Notes: generated by a model from the letters alone, not told the origin. A stretch of DNA of 64,000 nucleotides from Synechococcus sp. (GCA_047285805.1 JBJBCN010000002.1:128001-192000); one strand, 5' to 3'. Positions 1-11,406 are shown, numbered from the stretch's first letter. Translations and numbers: made by a program.

Positions 1-118
1 CGTCCGCCTCTTTCACCATCCCGTCGAAATGACTGGTCGCGCGCTTCAGCTTCTCTTCGGTGTACTCGCGGATGGCTGGAGTGACCTCCAGATTGCGGCC
101 GTGAATCACAAGCTTCAT
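1..118 (-). CDS. hpf: Ribosome hibernation promoting factor / LrtA (5' part, runs off the window)
   Basis: Manual translation MKLVIHGRNLEVTPAIREYTEEKLKRATSHFDGMVKEAD; AGGAGG RBS upstream. Confidence 0.9.
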   Translation of the reverse strand, partial: MKLVIHGRNLEVTPAIREYTEEKLKRATSHFDGMVKEAD

Positions 119-165
119 CCCTTGCCTCCTGGGCGATGGACCCTTTTAAACGCTAGGAACGGTCA

Positions 166-861
166 GTGATTTCAACCACGGCCTCGCCCGCTCACGACGC
201 AATCTGTTTCGAGCCCCCTGGCTGCGTTCCGTTTGCTCAGGGCTGGAGTTGGCAGCAGCAGTTGCAACGGCGGCTGCTGGAGAACCCCGATGGGCCTGAG
301 GCGTTACTGCTGCTGGAGCACGAGCCCTGTTACACCCTGGGTCGCGGCGCTGACCCGGCCTTCCTGGGCTTTGATCCGGCAGATCCCCCGGCACCGCTGT
401 TTCGGATTGATCGGGGCGGTGAAGTGACCCACCACTGCCCGGGGCAGTTGGTGCTCTATCCGGTGCTCAACCTGCAGCGCCACGGCGCTGACCTGCATCT
501 TTACCTGCGAGAGCTGGAGGGGGTGGTGATCGCGTTGTTGGCCGAGCTGGGTCTGGAGGCTGGCCGGATTGAAGGGCTGACGGGGGTCTGGTTGGAGGGC
601 CGCAAGGTGGCCGCCATTGGGGTCGGTGCCCGCCGCTGGATCAGTCAGCACGGCCTGGCCCTCAATGTCGAGGCGGATCTCGCTGGTTTTGCCGAAGTCG
701 TGCCCTGCGGGATCGCCAATCGGGAGGTCGGGCGCCTGGTGGATTGGCGTCCGGAGCTCTCGGCGGCGGCCCTGCGGCCGCGGCTGCTGGAGACCTTTGC
801 ACGTCGCTTTGGTTTGCAGTTGCGCCCGCCAACCCTTCAGGAGCAGCTCCAGGGGTGGTAA
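166..861 (+). CDS. lipB: Lipoyl(octanoyl) transferase
   Basis: [45 protein letters not shown] motifs. Confidence 0.95.
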   Translation: MISTTASPAHDAICFEPPGCVPFAQGWSWQQQLQRRLLENPDGPEALLLLEHEPCYTLGRGADPAFLGFDPADPPAPLFRIDRGGEVTHHCPGQLVLYPVLNLQRHGADLHLYLRELEGVVIALLAELGLEAGRIEGLTGVWLEGRKVAAIGVGARRWISQHGLALNVEADLAGFAEVVPCGIANREVGRLVDWRPELSAAALRPRLLETFARRFGLQLRPPTLQEQLQGW

Positions 862-873
862 GAACGGTGCCAA

Positions 874-2805
874 TTGATTGGTGCACCCATGCCCCTCGCC
901 GAGATCAGCTGGATGGGCAGTCGCCACGATCAGCGCGCCTTGGCCGAGAGGCAGGACTGGAGTGCACTCCACGGCCTTGAGCAGCTGTGGGGGCAGTTGG
1001 CGGAGCTCCATGGCGACTCCCCAGCCCTGGATGCCCCCCATGCCAAGCCGCCGGAGCAGTTGAGCTTCCGCCGCCTGCATCAGCAGATCGAGCAGGCCGC
1101 CGCCGGTTTTGGGGCCCTCGGGGTCCGGCCGGGCGAGGTCGTCGGTTTATTCTCAGAGAACAGCCCCCGCTGGATAGTGGCGGACCAGGGTTTGATGCGT
1201 CTTGGAGCCGCGGATGCGGTTCGCGGCAGCGGCGCACCGTTGGATGAGTTGCGCTACATCGCTGCTGACTGCGGTGCGGTGGCCCTGGTCCTGGAGTCGG
1301 CCGAGCTGCTGGAGCGTTTGCAGTTAAGCAGTGAGCTGCTCGGGCAACTGCGCTTTGTGGTGCTGTTGCAGGGGGGCCGCGGTGCGGTCGTGCCGCTTAT
1401 TCCCTGCTTGACCTGGGAGGAACTGATGGCCAAGGGGGCTGCTAGTCCGGCTCCGGCTTGGCCCGAGGGCGGCGTGGAGCGCCTGGCCACGGTGCTCTAC
1501 ACGTCAGGCACCACGGGCCGTCCCAAGGGCGTCCCCCTCAGCCATGCCAACTTGCTGCAACAGCTGCGCAACCTCGGGGTGGCGGTGGCGCCGAGCCCGG
1601 GTGATCGGGTGCTAAGCGTCCTGCCGATCTGGCATGCCTATGAGCGCAGCGCGGAATACTTCCTGCTCTCATGTGGTTGCCAGCAGACCTACACGACCCT
1701 CAAGCAACTGCGCCCGGACCTGCAGGGTGTTCGTCCCCACTACCTGATCAGTGTTCCTCGGCTCTGGGAGGCCCTGCTGAGCGGCTTCGAAGATGCCCTC
1801 GCGGCCATGCCGGTGAGTCGAGCCAAGTTGCTGCGTTCGGCCCTGGGCGTCAGTCGGTATCACTGCCTCGCAAGGCGGGTGGCGGCCGATCGAACCCTGG
1901 CCCCCGAGCGCAAGCGTCGCCGCGTTGCCGCTGCCGCCGGCGCCTTGCTGAGCTGGCCCGTGCATGGTCTTGCCGAGAAGCTGTTTTGGCCGAAGGTTCG
2001 GACCCAGCTGATCGGTGGTCACCTCCGTACGGCCATCAGTGGTGGTGGTGCCCTGGCGATCCATGTCGATGGCTTCTTTGAGGCCATCGGCATTGAGTTG
2101 TTGGTTGGCTACGGCCTGACCGAAACCAGCCCGGTGTTGACCTGCCGGCGCCGTTGGAACAACCGCCGCGGCAGCTCCGGCCAACCGCTCCCCGGCACCT
2201 CCATCAAGATCACCGATCCCGAGAGTGGTGCGGTGCTGGCGGTCGGCGAACGGGGGAAGGTCTTGGCCAAAGGAACCCAGGTGATGGGGGGGTATCTGGG
2301 TAAACCCGAAGCCACCGCCAAGGTGCTCGATGCCGAGGGCTGGTTTGACACCGGTGACCTGGGGCACCTGCTGGCGGACGGCACCTTGGTGCTTACCGGC
2401 CGCGCAAAGGACACGATTGTGCTCAGCAGCGGCGAGAATATCGAGCCAGGCCCCCTCGAGGAGTGCCTGGTGGCCTGCACCCTGGTCGAGCAGGTGATGC
2501 TCGTCGGTCAGGACCGCAAGGCCCTGGGTGCCCTGGTGGTGCCGAAGTTGGAGAGCCTGGAGGCCTTTGCTGCAGAGCAGGGGCTGACGCCCCCGGACCC
2601 GGCTCTGTTGAAGGCCCTGACCAGTCGACTGAACCGGCGCCTGCAGGCGCGGGTAGGGGCCCGACCGGATGAGCGGCTGGCGGGGGTTGCCCTGGTGGAG
2701 CCCTTTAGCATCGACAACGGTCTGCTGACCCAAACCCTCAAGCAGAAGCGCGATCGCATCGCCAATCGCGACACCCAGGCGATCGAGTCGATCTACGGCC
2801 GCTAG
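874..2805 (+). CDS. Long-chain acyl-CoA/acyl-ACP synthetase (AMP-binding)
   Basis: YTSGTTGRPKGV, GYGLTETSP, FDTGDLG, GRAKDTIVLSSGENIEP. Confidence 0.92.
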   Translation: MIGAPMPLAEISWMGSRHDQRALAERQDWSALHGLEQLWGQLAELHGDSPALDAPHAKPPEQLSFRRLHQQIEQAAAGFGALGVRPGEVVGLFSENSPRWIVADQGLMRLGAADAVRGSGAPLDELRYIAADCGAVALVLESAELLERLQLSSELLGQLRFVVLLQGGRGAVVPLIPCLTWEELMAKGAASPAPAWPEGGVERLATVLYTSGTTGRPKGVPLSHANLLQQLRNLGVAVAPSPGDRVLSVLPIWHAYERSAEYFLLSCGCQQTYTTLKQLRPDLQGVRPHYLISVPRLWEALLSGFEDALAAMPVSRAKLLRSALGVSRYHCLARRVAADRTLAPERKRRRVAAAAGALLSWPVHGLAEKLFWPKVRTQLIGGHLRTAISGGGALAIHVDGFFEAIGIELLVGYGLTETSPVLTCRRRWNNRRGSSGQPLPGTSIKITDPESGAVLAVGERGKVLAKGTQVMGGYLGKPEATAKVLDAEGWFDTGDLGHLLADGTLVLTGRAKDTIVLSSGENIEPGPLEECLVACTLVEQVMLVGQDRKALGALVVPKLESLEAFAAEQGLTPPDPALLKALTSRLNRRLQARVGARPDERLAGVALVEPFSIDNGLLTQTLKQKRDRIANRDTQAIESIYGR

Positions 2806-2881
2806 GGCCGGGAACCCGCCCGGACCAGACGTTGTCGGCCCTGGCTAGCACTGACAGGCTGAGCGCCGCAATTGATCTCCC

Positions 2882-3325
2882 ATGGCCGAGGGTTCACTCT
2901 CCGTAAAGCGCTCCATCACCGTCCGCGCGGTGGTTACCCCCCGCTGGAAGGAGGACGCTGAGCGTGAAATCAGCGCGGCCATCGCCAACAGCGACGCCCA
3001 GCTGGGGCAGCTCGAGCAAGAGGGGCAGCAGCTGGTGGAGGCGATCCGCAGCCAGAGCGCCAATCCCCTGGACCCCCGCGTTCAGGAGCAGGTGGGTTCT
3101 GTACAGGAGCAGGTGGCTGCCAAGCGCGCCGAGCTCGAGGAGCAGAAGCGTCAGCTGCTCGAGCAGCAGCGCCAGGTCCGCGACCTGGAGATGGAGCAAA
3201 TCGTCGAGCAAGGCCAGCTCGATAGCTTCACGGACGTCAAGGTGGGCGACAACCTGGTCGAGAAGCTCCAGGTGGCTGTTGTCGTCCGTGATGGGGTGAT
3301 CGAGGCGATCGAGGGAGCCCTCTGA
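2882..3325 (+). CDS. YlqD family protein
   Basis: KRSITVRAVVTPRWKE, coiled coil, VGDNLVEKLQV; usual position before pdhC. Confidence 0.85.
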   Translation: MAEGSLSVKRSITVRAVVTPRWKEDAEREISAAIANSDAQLGQLEQEGQQLVEAIRSQSANPLDPRVQEQVGSVQEQVAAKRAELEEQKRQLLEQQRQVRDLEMEQIVEQGQLDSFTDVKVGDNLVEKLQVAVVVRDGVIEAIEGAL

Positions 3326-3391
3326 GGCTTTCCATCAGGGGGCTGCCGCTGAGCCGCGTAAAATCGGCCTCAAACGAGCGGCAGACCTCCG

Positions 3392-4708
3392 TTGGCGATC
3401 CACGAAATCTTCATGCCCGCCCTCTCCTCCACGATGACAGAGGGCAAGATCGTGGAATGGCTTAAGAAGCCAGGTGACAAGGTCGGCCGTGGTGAGTCCG
3501 TGCTGGTTGTCGAGTCCGACAAGGCGGACATGGACGTCGAGTCCTTCAACGAGGGCTACCTTGCCGCAGTGTTGATGCCCGCAGGTGGTACCGCGCCCGT
3601 CGGCGAAACCATCGGTCTGGTGGTGGAAACCGAGGCAGAAATTGCAGAGGCCCAGGCCAAGGCCCCTAGTGCCCCTGCAGCACCCGCGCCCGCTGCGGCT
3701 GCCGCTTCCACCCCTGCTGCTGCTCCGGCCCCCGCACCGGTCGTGGCCGCCCCTGCTCCCATTGCCGCTGCGCCCGCTCCCGTGAGCGATGGCCGCGTGG
3801 TGGCGAGCCCCCGGGCCAAGAAATTGGCGAGCCAACATGGTGTAGCTCTCGAGACCCTGCGCGGCAGCGGCCCCCTCGGCCGTATCCAGGCTGAAGACGT
3901 CGAGCGGGCCCTGGGCCTGACCGTCGCGGTCCCCCGTGTGGCCGAGGGTTCGACCCCTGCAGCGAGCGGTGGCAGCAACGGCGCCGCAGCTCCGGGTGCC
4001 GCCCCGGCTGGCAATGCCTTTGGCCGCCCTGGCGAGAGCGTGGCCTTCAACACCCTCCAGGGCGCGGTCAACCGCAACATGGTGGCCAGCCTGGCGGTGC
4101 CGACCTTCCGGGTCGGCTACACGATCACCACCACCAAGCTGGACGCTTTCTACAAGCAGGTGAAGAGCAAGGGCGTGACCATGACCGCCCTGCTGGCCAA
4201 GGCCGTGGGAGTGGTGCTAGCCCGTCACCCCCAGGTGAATGCCACCACCAGTGCCGATGGTTCTGCCATGGTTTACCCGGCTGCGGTGAACGTCGCTGTG
4301 GCCGTGGCGATGGAAGACGGTGGGTTGATCACCCCGGTGCTGCCGAACGCCGACAAGACCGACATCCACTCCCTGGCCCGCACCTGGGCTGATCTGGTGA
4401 GCCGCGCCCGCAGCAAGCAGCTCCAGCCTGAGGAATACAGCACCGGCACCTTCACCCTCTCCAACCTGGGGATGTTCGGTGTGGACCGCTTTGATGCGAT
4501 CTTGCCGCCGGGCACCGGCGCGATACTTGCGGTGGCCGCCTCGCGTCCCACGGTCGTCGGCGGCAAGGACGGTTCGATCCGGGTCGCGAACCAGATGCAG
4601 GTGAATCTGACCTGCGATCACCGTGTGATCTACGGCGCCGATGCGGCGGCCTTCCTCAGGGATCTCGCCCAGCTGCTCGAGACCAACCCCGAGAGCCTGG
4701 CCTTCTGA
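3392..4708 (+). CDS. pdhC: Pyruvate dehydrogenase E2, dihydrolipoamide acetyltransferase
   Basis: Lipoyl domain [10 protein letters not shown], Ala/Pro linker, [17 protein letters not shown]. Confidence 0.96.
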   Translation: MAIHEIFMPALSSTMTEGKIVEWLKKPGDKVGRGESVLVVESDKADMDVESFNEGYLAAVLMPAGGTAPVGETIGLVVETEAEIAEAQAKAPSAPAAPAPAAAAASTPAAAPAPAPVVAAPAPIAAAPAPVSDGRVVASPRAKKLASQHGVALETLRGSGPLGRIQAEDVERALGLTVAVPRVAEGSTPAASGGSNGAAAPGAAPAGNAFGRPGESVAFNTLQGAVNRNMVASLAVPTFRVGYTITTTKLDAFYKQVKSKGVTMTALLAKAVGVVLARHPQVNATTSADGSAMVYPAAVNVAVAVAMEDGGLITPVLPNADKTDIHSLARTWADLVSRARSKQLQPEEYSTGTFTLSNLGMFGVDRFDAILPPGTGAILAVAASRPTVVGGKDGSIRVANQMQVNLTCDHRVIYGADAAAFLRDLAQLLETNPESLAF

Positions 4709-5799
4709 TCAGCGACGATCAGCTGCTCTCGAGTTACGTCTTCGACCTCCCGGAGACGTTCATCGCCCAGCGCCCAGTCGAACCGCGTCATGCGGCCAGG
4801 TTGTTGGCGCTCGAGGGGCTCGAGGGCTGCCGCCATCAAAAGGTCTGGGATCTGCAGGATCTGCTGAAACCCGGCGACTTGCTGGTGGTGAACAACACCC
4901 GAGTGCTCAAGGCGCGCCTGCAGGCCCGGCGGCTCACAGGTGGGGCGGTGGAGCTGCTGGTGCTGGAGCCCGTGGGCGGTAGCGATTGGCTCTGTCTGGC
5001 CAAACCGGCCAAGCGCCTCAAGTCGGGCGAGATCCTGCAGCTGGAGCATCCCGGCCAACTACCCCAGCTCCTGGAGATCGTGGCCGTCGACGCCGAGACC
5101 GGAGGCAGGGTCGTGCGTTTTCCGGCAGAGTGCACCAACCCGGAAGCCATCGAGGCCCTGCTGGCGCGCTACGGCGAGATTCCCCTGCCGCCCTACATCC
5201 ACCAACACTCCAGCGATGACGAGAGCCGCTACCAGACCCGTTTCGCCTCCCGGCCCGGGGCGGTGGCGGCGCCCACGGCGGGCTTGCACCTGAGCGATGA
5301 ACTGCTGGAAGCCCTCGAGGCCCGCGGGGTGCAGCGCACGACGGTGACCTTGCACGTGGGTCTGGGCACGTTCCGGCCGGTGGAGACCGAGGACCTGACC
5401 CAGCTGGAGCTCCACAGCGAGTGGGTCGAGGTGTCGCCGGCCTGTGTGGAGGCGGTGGCCCAGTGCCGCGCCCGCGGCGGCCGCGTGATTGCGGTTGGAA
5501 CTACCTCGGTTCGTAGCCTGGAGGCGGTCGCCCAGCTCCACGGTGGTGTGCTGCAACCCCATGCTGGAACTGTGAATTTGGTGATTCAGCCCGGCTATCG
5601 CTTTGCGGTGGTTCAGGGGCTACTGACCAACTTCCACCTGCCGAAAAGTTCCTTGCTTCTGCTGGTCAGTGCCCTGGTGGGACGGCTGCGCTTGCTTGCG
5701 CTCTACGAGGAGGCCAAGGCGGAGGGCTATCGCTTCTTCTCCTATGGCGACGCGATGTGGATCTCGCCGGAGGCGGTCCTCGAGAACGCCCGGCCATAA
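4705..5799 (+). CDS. queA: S-adenosylmethionine:tRNA ribosyltransferase-isomerase
   Basis: [45 protein letters not shown]; conserved N-terminus ([14 protein letters not shown]) lies in frame upstream of the ORF-track start at 4801. Confidence 0.95.
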   Translation: MISDDQLLSSYVFDLPETFIAQRPVEPRHAARLLALEGLEGCRHQKVWDLQDLLKPGDLLVVNNTRVLKARLQARRLTGGAVELLVLEPVGGSDWLCLAKPAKRLKSGEILQLEHPGQLPQLLEIVAVDAETGGRVVRFPAECTNPEAIEALLARYGEIPLPPYIHQHSSDDESRYQTRFASRPGAVAAPTAGLHLSDELLEALEARGVQRTTVTLHVGLGTFRPVETEDLTQLELHSEWVEVSPACVEAVAQCRARGGRVIAVGTTSVRSLEAVAQLHGGVLQPHAGTVNLVIQPGYRFAVVQGLLTNFHLPKSSLLLLVSALVGRLRLLALYEEAKAEGYRFFSYGDAMWISPEAVLENARP

Positions 5800-5826
5800 A
5801 AAAGCCCCCGCCTAATCGGGGGCTTG
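5797..5826. terminator. Intrinsic terminator between convergent queA and sodB
   Basis: aaaaaagccccc-gcctaatc-gggggctt hairpin with A-tract (U-tract on minus strand). Confidence 0.8.
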
Positions 5827-5842
5827 GGTTGGATCGCTTGGA

Positions 5843-6442
5843 TCAGGCGGCGGCCAGGTTGGCGGCCACGAATTCCCAGTTCACCAGTTTGTCGAGGTAG
5901 GTGCTGATGTAGTCGGGGCGGCGGTTCTGGTAATCCAGGTAGTAGGCGTGCTCCCAGACGTCCATGGTCAGGAGGGCGTTCTGGCCGTGGGCCAGAGGCA
6001 AATCGGCGTTACCAGTCTTGGTGACCTTAAGTGTGCCGTTGTCGAGGACGAGCCAGGCCCAGCCACTACCGAACTGGGTGGCGCCGGCGGCCTTGAAGGC
6101 TTCGACGAACTTCTCGAAGCTGCCGAAGTCAGCGTTGATCTTCTCGAGCAGAGCGCCGCTAGGGGTGCCGCCACCGTTGGGCTTGATGCACTGCCAGTAG
6201 AAGCTGTGGTTCCAGACCTGGGCAGCGTTGTTGAACACGCCGACCTTGCTGGCGTCACTGGCCACGGCGACGATGGTGTCTTCCAAGCTCTTGCCTTCCA
6301 GATCGGTGCCAGACACCAGGTTGTTGAGGTTGGTCACGTAAGCGTTGTGGTGCTTGCCGTGGTGGAACTCAAGGGTTTGGCGGGAGATATGCGGCTCGAG
6401 GGCATCGAGGCCGTAGGGCAGCGCGGGCAGCGTATGAGCCAT
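5843..6442 (-). CDS. sodB: Fe superoxide dismutase
   Basis: [16 protein letters not shown] (Fe-type AAQ), [19 protein letters not shown]. Confidence 0.95.
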   Translation of the reverse strand: MAHTLPALPYGLDALEPHISRQTLEFHHGKHHNAYVTNLNNLVSGTDLEGKSLEDTIVAVASDASKVGVFNNAAQVWNHSFYWQCIKPNGGGTPSGALLEKINADFGSFEKFVEAFKAAGATQFGSGWAWLVLDNGTLKVTKTGNADLPLAHGQNALLTMDVWEHAYYLDYQNRRPDYISTYLDKLVNWEFVAANLAAA

Positions 6443-6526
6443 GAAACGAAGGATCGTGCTGTTGGATGCCCGGCCATATGCCGGACGGCGGGGGAATTCT
6501 AACGATCGCTTGAAGTTTCGTAAGTC

Positions 6527-6557
6527 GCGGGAACCGCACTGCTGGCGCGGTTCCCGC
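6527..6557. terminator. Perfect 11-bp stem hairpin between fkbp and sodB (terminator or RNA stability element)
   Basis: gcgggaaccgc-actgctggc-gcggttcccgc. Confidence 0.55.
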
Positions 6558-6565
6558 AGCTGAGA

Positions 6566-7174
6566 TCAGCCATTGACCTCGAGCAGTTCCACCTCAAAGA
6601 TCAAGGTGGCGTTGGGGGGGATCACACCGCCGGCACCGCGCGCGCCGTAGGCTAGATCGGGAGGGATGACGAGTTTGCGCTTGCCGCCGACCTGCATGCC
6701 GGCCACACCTTCATCCCAGCCCTTGATCACGCGACCGGCACCCAAGGGGAAGCTGAATGGACCGCGGCCGTAGCTGCTGTCGAACTCCTTGCCGTTCTCG
6801 AGCGTGCCGCGGTAGTTGACCACCACGAGCTGCCCCGAGGTGGCTTCAGGACCGTCACCGATCACCAGGTCGGTGATTCGCAGACCGCTGGGGGTCATCC
6901 GTTCTTTGGCCGCAACCATTTCTCCTCCGAGGGCAGACGCCCCACTGTCGGCGATGACGTCGCTGGCCATCGTGAAGAGGCTGGGGTTGGGATCCTCTGG
7001 ATCGAGTTCGATCTGGCCGCTGAAGCTGGCTTGAGCGGGGGCGCTGGCTACCGCCTCCTGCACGGTGGGTTGGCTGGGGGCGGCTTTCACGGTGGAAGGA
7101 GCCACAATCTGGCTCACCAGTGCAAGCAAGAGGCAGCCCACGCAGACGGCGGAGCTGATGAGGATGTCCCGCAT
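6566..7174 (-). CDS. FKBP-type peptidyl-prolyl isomerase with N-terminal signal/anchor
   Basis: [47 protein letters not shown]. Confidence 0.95.
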   Translation of the reverse strand: MRDILISSAVCVGCLLLALVSQIVAPSTVKAAPSQPTVQEAVASAPAQASFSGQIELDPEDPNPSLFTMASDVIADSGASALGGEMVAAKERMTPSGLRITDLVIGDGPEATSGQLVVVNYRGTLENGKEFDSSYGRGPFSFPLGAGRVIKGWDEGVAGMQVGGKRKLVIPPDLAYGARGAGGVIPPNATLIFEVELLEVNG

Positions 7175-7221
7175 GTCCGTATCAAAGAGGCATCACAGAA
7201 TGATTCTCGCCTAGTTGCGCC

Positions 7222-7501
7222 TCATTCCGGGATTTCGAGCCGGGATTGCTTCTGCCGCAGCTGCTGTTCCAGCCGATCGATGCTGCCCCGCAGTTCATCG
7301 ACTTCCCGTTGCCGGGCCAGCCCCAGATCCTGCAGGAGGTGATCCAGGTTGCGCTCCACCTGCCGCTCGGTCTGTTTCTCGAGCTCGGGGTTCTCGCCGC
7401 GCAGGCTGGCGAGAACGTCATCGACCAAGGCACTCGCCCACTAGGGAGGTAGTGGCAAAACTGCTGAAGAGCAGTTGTTGAAGGGGGCGACTGGGATCCA
7501 T
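7222..7501 (-). pseudogene. Phasin-like conserved cyanobacterial protein, frameshifted with probable internal deletion
   Basis: ATG 7501 gives MDPSRPLQQLLFSSFATTSLVGECLGR*; the C-terminal half (LVDDVLASLRGE...EVDELRGSIDRLEQQL) is in another frame from ~7428. Confidence 0.6.
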
Positions 7502-8609
7502 AAGACTTAATTATTAGCAACCGCTCTTGGCTGCTCAGTGATGGTTTGAACAGAGTGCCGTAAATCAGATCTCCTTCTGCGCCTTGTCTAGCCACAATAT
7601 GAGTTGAAACCTACACATATATTGGACCAGATCAAAGCTCGCGGAAAGTTCAATTTTCTACAGAGAACCCTGTGGCTTAACCCCTTTCGCGATTCGTTCA
7701 AACCCTCTATGTTCAGTTCCTGAAGTAACTGGTTCCTAGGGTTTTGTCGGACAGTCCAACAGGTTTCGCCTTGCTGAGACAGGTCTCCGGGAGGCACTGT
7801 GCAGCGCCCTGGAGGCTGGCCAGCAGCCTGAGATCAATAAGGGATGAAGGTCGTTTGGAAGCCGATGCAGGCGCTCTTGGGAGCCAATCAGGAGGCTTGA
7901 CCACAGTCGATGCTCAAGCCCACGCAAAACGTTCAGATAACTACAAACGGCACGTCACTGTTGATGCGGCTGCTGGATTATCTGCTCACCACCTCCGGGT
8001 CGGGCAAGGGAGATAGCATAGGCGGGTTGGTACTCGTCTCTTTTTTGTCGGACTTTTCGCTGCTTCTGGGTTTAATTAGCGGACGCCTTTGCCAGTCCTG
8101 CTCAAGCTGGTCGTGGCGATCAAGGGCGTTTGGATTCATTGCAGGTCGTCCAGTACCGCCTACTGCTGGCATCACCTGTTATGGCCTTGCTAGCTGATCC
8201 CAGCGAATGGAAACCAGTTATGAGGGTGGGGTTAACTGGAATACTTCAGAGTAAGTGCAGATGGTTTAAAAATTTGCGGCAGAAACCCAAATCACTGGTC
8301 TCAATTCTTTTAATTGGTGGATCTCCTGAACTCCTGAACTCCTGGCTCTAGAGTCGCTACAGGTTGCATATTGATTTAAATCTAAACAATGACAAGCTGA
8401 TAGCCGGTCTTATGAGTAAGACTGGAATGCTTGTGGATTATTTATTGTTGAAGCATGTAGAAAAAATTTAAGACAATGAGAGGTGTTGGGTGGCTTACTG
8501 ATGGAGAGCTATTTATCTTGTCAATCTGCTTTTGACCAGATTTTGATATAAAAATACCACCGTATTCCTCTGATCTGGTGGCGGTTTGGTAAGTTTAGCT
8601 GTCAAGAGC

Positions 8610-10955
8610 CTAGAGAGGCTTTTTTGCCCAGAACTGGTACATTCCTATGAATGTTGAAGGATATTCTTTTTCAAAATCGCACCAATTTTCTAATGAGGTT
8701 AGTCCCTCATTGTCGGGATATCGCTGATGATAGAGATTTTTTATATTGTCTGCTAGCATGAACCCGCAGAATTCAAGATTTTGGCTGTCCAGAAGAGCAT
8801 TAAGTTCTATTGTTGTGAAACAATGCTCTTGTACATGGAAACACAAGTCTCGGCATTCGGAGAGCGAGTAAAAGTCTCTCACGCATTTAGGTAAATCCAT
8901 CAGCTCATTAATCTCGCCTCGCATTACCTTGCCTCTAAATTCTCGGATACCCTGCGGAGTACTTTCAATTCCTAATCTCTTGATTATTTTCTGTGCCCTC
9001 AAAATGATCTTACGTGCGGTAGTGCTATATAGGCCTAATTTGATGTATCCACCTGGCTTCAGCTGTTTAACTAGTGCAGACAGTCCGCTTGCAGGTCTTT
9101 CCATATGATGGAGGACGCCGCTACACTCAATTACATCAAAAGTTTCTTTTAGACTGGCGGCATTCAAGATATCCATCTTTTTAAACAATACATTTGTCAT
9201 ATTATACTCTGCTGTTTTCCTGATTGAATATGCGATGCTGCTACTGCTGAGGTCAATGGCTGTAACTTGAGCATTCTTATACCGACTTGTTTTTATAACT
9301 TGATCGCCGGTGCCGCAGCCGGCAATCAGTACTTTTGGTCTTTCCAGAGTAGAAGTTAATTCATGGTTGAAGGCAAGCCTATTCTTTGTCGATTCTCGTT
9401 TGATGACCTCTGATGCTTGCTTTGCGAGTGTGCTAGAGGTGTAGTCTGAATACCGGAATCTTGGATATGGATTTTCTTCGTACATTTCTTGTACGTGCTT
9501 CGAGACTGTATCATTGATGCTTTGATTTTGCTGGATGGATATTTTTATTTCTTTTTCTTTGAAGGGTTCTGTTAGGTGTGTCGCAATGAAGTCTTTGCTT
9601 TCAGTCCCAGAAAAGGAATATTGGCTAATTTGCGCCAAGTCTATATTGGCCAGATGCAATGGTGTATAACAGCCCACAGCTGCGATATATTTATTCATTT
9701 CTTCACGGCTTCCGGCAATCCTGCTGGTCAGTAGTGCTGTTAATTGTTCCTCTTCTTGCGACGTTGAATATACGTATTCATTCAAAAAACATTGCACAGC
9801 CAGGGCTTCTGTTAATGGTTTTAGTCTTGGTGGAATTAATCCTTCTTGAATTGTCAACCTCAGTATTTCTTCTCTTAGTCGAGTTAAGAATTGTTCGACA
9901 TCTGAGTTCGGAGGGATTATCAGAGTCAGGGATTTTCGAAATCTCCAATCGGAGGATAACCTGTAGAGAGCCCCATTGCTGTCAGAGACTATCTTTGCTG
10001 GAATGGATGCTTCTCGGATCGTAGGTAAATAGGCCTTCAGGAATATCTTTGATAGGCTTTGATGAGAGATATCTGTCCGGTTTAAAAGTAATTCATATGC
10101 CTTCATTGCGTCCTTGAAATTTGACGGTTGAATTTGGAGCTTCTCGACTATTATCTTTAAATTTTTCAATGCACTCGTCCAGTTCGATTTTAGCTCCAAG
10201 GAATGAAGTGTTGCGGCTAGAGCTTGATCGTTATCGTTTAGGTCTTGGTAGATAATTCCTAGGTTTAGATATGCATCAGGATTGTCAGGCTTGAGTTCGA
10301 GTGATCTAAGCGTGGAATCCAGTGCTCGATATGGTTCGTCGAGATTCTTATATATGATCCCCAGATGAACTAGGGCGTTGGGGTTGTTAGGTTTTAATTC
10401 TAACGATTTAAGAGTTGGGTTAAGTGCTTGATTGGGTTCGTTGAGGTGATTGAAGATGATTCCCAGGTTTAAAAGAGCGTTTGGGTTGTGAGGTTTTAGG
10501 TCGAGTGATTTAAGAGTGTGTTCAAGAGCTTTCTCGGTTTCGTCGAGGCTTTGGTAGATAGTGCCCAGATTCATATGAGCGTTTGGGTTGTCAGGTTTTA
10601 ATGTTATTGACTTAAGGGTGGTGGCCAAGGCCTGGTCCAGTTTGCCTAGCATTAGGTATGTATGGCCTAGGCTAAAGTATGCATCGGGGTGTTTTGGGTT
10701 TGCATTGATCCATGCTTGTTGTAGAGAGGCTGCCTCGGTGAAGCGACAGCTGCTTGTATAAATGATTCCCAGGTTTAGGAATAGAGAGTCATCTGTGCAC
10801 CCAAGCAGCATTGCATGCCTGTAAAGCTCCTCGGCTGTCTCCAGGTCTCCTTTTGTGTGGTGTCTAATACCGGATTCGAGCACGCTCTTTTTTTTTGGCA
10901 AGTTTTTTTTGCCGGATTTATTCTTGTTGTTTCTTTGCTTTCCGAACCCGCTCAT
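8610..10955 (-). CDS. TPR-repeat protein with C-terminal class I SAM methyltransferase
   Basis: Tandem 34-aa TPRs (LKPDNPNAHMNLG...), MYEENPYPR, VLIAGCGTG, SGVLHH, CRDLCFHVQE, MYQFW; AT-rich; likely start MSGFG. Confidence 0.9.
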   Translation of the reverse strand: MSGFGKQRNNKNKSGKKNLPKKKSVLESGIRHHTKGDLETAEELYRHAMLLGCTDDSLFLNLGIIYTSSCRFTEAASLQQAWINANPKHPDAYFSLGHTYLMLGKLDQALATTLKSITLKPDNPNAHMNLGTIYQSLDETEKALEHTLKSLDLKPHNPNALLNLGIIFNHLNEPNQALNPTLKSLELKPNNPNALVHLGIIYKNLDEPYRALDSTLRSLELKPDNPDAYLNLGIIYQDLNDNDQALAATLHSLELKSNWTSALKNLKIIVEKLQIQPSNFKDAMKAYELLLNRTDISHQSLSKIFLKAYLPTIREASIPAKIVSDSNGALYRLSSDWRFRKSLTLIIPPNSDVEQFLTRLREEILRLTIQEGLIPPRLKPLTEALAVQCFLNEYVYSTSQEEEQLTALLTSRIAGSREEMNKYIAAVGCYTPLHLANIDLAQISQYSFSGTESKDFIATHLTEPFKEKEIKISIQQNQSINDTVSKHVQEMYEENPYPRFRYSDYTSSTLAKQASEVIKRESTKNRLAFNHELTSTLERPKVLIAGCGTGDQVIKTSRYKNAQVTAIDLSSSSIAYSIRKTAEYNMTNVLFKKMDILNAASLKETFDVIECSGVLHHMERPASGLSALVKQLKPGGYIKLGLYSTTARKIILRAQKIIKRLGIESTPQGIREFRGKVMRGEINELMDLPKCVRDFYSLSECRDLCFHVQEHCFTTIELNALLDSQNLEFCGFMLADNIKNLYHQRYPDNEGLTSLENWCDFEKEYPSTFIGMYQFWAKKPL

Positions 10956-11024
10956 CTGACGCCTGAAATTCACCTAGCTTAATCCTTGTATGAATCACTC
11001 ACCTTCTCTTGATACTTTACTGCT

Positions 11025-11336
11025 TCAGAGCTGGCGCTTGCGTTCCAGCTTGCGCCGCAACCGTACGGTGATCTCCATCTCGACACTTTGTGAGAGGGGA
11101 TCCATCTCAAGGGGCAAGCGGGCAGCGACCTGCGCTAAGCAGATCGCGAGCAGTACTCCATCATTTTGATGAGCGGCACCAGGCCTCGCTAGGCCTTCCT
11201 CTTAAGTTGCTGGTGATAGAAGTCCCGTTGTCGATCACCGCGAACTTGAAGCAGACATCTTTGAGATCCTTTTCCCTGAGTGAGTTCTCGAGGATGTTCA
11301 GGTTCTCCTTTTGGTTATCTGAAGTAAGCCATGGTT
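11025..11336 (-). pseudogene. Degenerate IS607-family serine resolvase (TnpA) relic
   Basis: Manual translation in two frames: WLTSDNQKENLNILENSL...FAVIDNGTSI and VLLAICLAQ...SVEMEITVRLRRKL, resembling IS607 TnpA motifs (VSSxDQKxDL; LVFAICE; DVLEIITVF). Confidence 0.45.
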
Positions 11337-11406
11337 GAAATCTGCGGTTGTGCCGGAAGGGTTTCTCGGGAATGACTTTGATGTTTTGAGGGGTTCTTCA
11401 TAAAGG

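Noticed and set aside
1669..2733. Long antisense and alternate-frame ORFs over core genes (also 12079-13008, 43000-44067, 50625-51659, 56947-57876)
   Set aside because: Shadow ORFs expected in high-GC coding DNA; no motifs, and each overlaps a well-supported gene
7600..8600. Short ORFs in the AT-rich stretch before the methyltransferase stop
   Set aside because: No recognisable motifs and many stops; probably decayed DNA that I cannot assign
10190..10800. Periodic ~102-bp repeats as a CRISPR or DNA repeat array
   Set aside because: They are the coding TPR units; there is no repeat-spacer structure and no cas genes in the window
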